The position numbers and the translations under genes were made by a program. DNA of 32,000 nucleotides from Candidatus Saccharimonadota bacterium (GTDB lineage: Archaea > Nanobdellota > Nanobdellia > Pacearchaeales > GW2011-AR1): assembly GCA_049511795.1 (NCBI GenBank), contig JBEKXS010000001.1, positions 240,001 to 272,000 of the forward strand, read 5' to 3'. Below the pieces are notes generated by a model that ran no database searches, was not told where the DNA came from, and was given only the letters and a program-made list of their open reading frames with translations. Of this stretch, positions 31,742 through 32,000 are shown piece by piece; the first letter of the stretch is position 1; every line of letters begins with the position of its first letter.

Positions 31742-32000
31742 AACTTTTTTTAAGAAATTAATGTAGCTCATTATTCCAAACTCACTTATAATTCCGCTTA
31801 TATACTTTTTATGAACAAACTCAAATGCGGGATTTTTTATCTTGATATTTCTTGGGGCTTTATTCCACACTTCATTTAATGGTCTCTGCTCTATTGGGAC
31901 TTTATTATTTGTGAATTTCCATGAATCTGAAACAATGTAAAAAGGTATTTTTTCTTCTTTTGCAATTCTTGCCAAAAGCTCTGAACCAACTTTGTTGATT
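31733..32000 (-). CDS. eIF-2B alpha/beta/delta family protein, C-terminal part (probable ribose-1,5-bisphosphate isomerase); truncated by window edge
   Basis: The frame stays open to the window edge (...INKVGSELLARIAKEEKIPFYIVSDSWKF...NPAFEFVHKKYISGIISEFG). NPAFD/E...IITE-like motifs are typical of the family. It overlaps the pfdA 3' end by 9 nt. Confidence 0.6.
   Translation of the reverse strand, partial: INKVGSELLARIAKEEKIPFYIVSDSWKFTNNKVPIEQRPLNEVWNKAPRNIKIKNPAFEFVHKKYISGIISEFGIMSYINFLKKVSL

Noticed and set aside
1-32000. CRISPR arrays, rRNA genes, alternative genetic code
   Set aside because: No regularly spaced direct repeats were seen and no rRNA-like GC-rich structured stretches. 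All recognised genes read through with standard stops (TAA dominant, some TGA/TAG) and no in-frame stop codons.

Overview
AT-rich archaeal chromosome segment. The gene content and compact layout look like a DPANN-type, small-genome archaeon, but that lineage call is inference. All family assignments come from reading motifs in the translations; no searches were run.

Most of the window is core information-processing genes:
- Minus-strand block (31-2042): prefoldin beta, RpoP, eL43, tRNA-Pro, uL11, Spt5/NusG.
- Minus-strand block (5360-7397): SecE, FtsZ, FKBP-type PPIase.
- Plus-strand genes: aIF5A, eL40, an M50 site-2 protease, and uL1-uL10-P1.
- tRNA-Thr and tRNA-Ser bracketing a DedA/GT9 glycosyltransferase pair.
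- AMP phosphorylase and an AI-2E family permease.
- A near-complete archaeal ribosomal protein super-operon (uL3 to uL15, 17743-29226), followed by SecY, a DUF106/YidC-like insertase, prefoldin alpha, and the 3' end of an eIF-2B-family (probable ribose-1,5-bisphosphate isomerase) gene.

Three short genes missing from the ORF track were recovered by hand: rpoP (350-487), eL40 (7901-8062) and uL29 (22204-22380).

The one clearly accessory region is a 3.2-kb transposon-like element (2129-5350). It has about 31-bp imperfect terminal inverted repeats and a 9-bp direct duplication (GGTTAACTG). It sits exactly after the secE stop codon, splitting the normally contiguous ftsZ-secE-nusG-rpl11 cluster. 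Its cargo is an AbrB/SpoVT-like protein, a small zinc-ribbon protein, a zinc-finger DDE transposase, and a DNA methyltransferase fused to a C-terminal Mrr-type PD-(D/E)xK nuclease domain whose start codon follows the transposase stop after 2 nt. This is the best candidate for an undescribed mobile methylase/nuclease module.

Secondary oddities:
- uL11 carries a P-stalk-like Ala/Glu/Lys tail, while P0 lacks the usual stalk tail.
- Several ribosomal proteins carry low-complexity extensions.
- The operon has no Shine-Dalgarno sites and uses TAAAATG stop-start junctions.
- The operon lacks Rpp29, adk and cmk.
- First genes appear to use leaderless-type TATA promoters about 25 nt upstream of the ATG.

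No rRNA genes or CRISPR arrays were seen.
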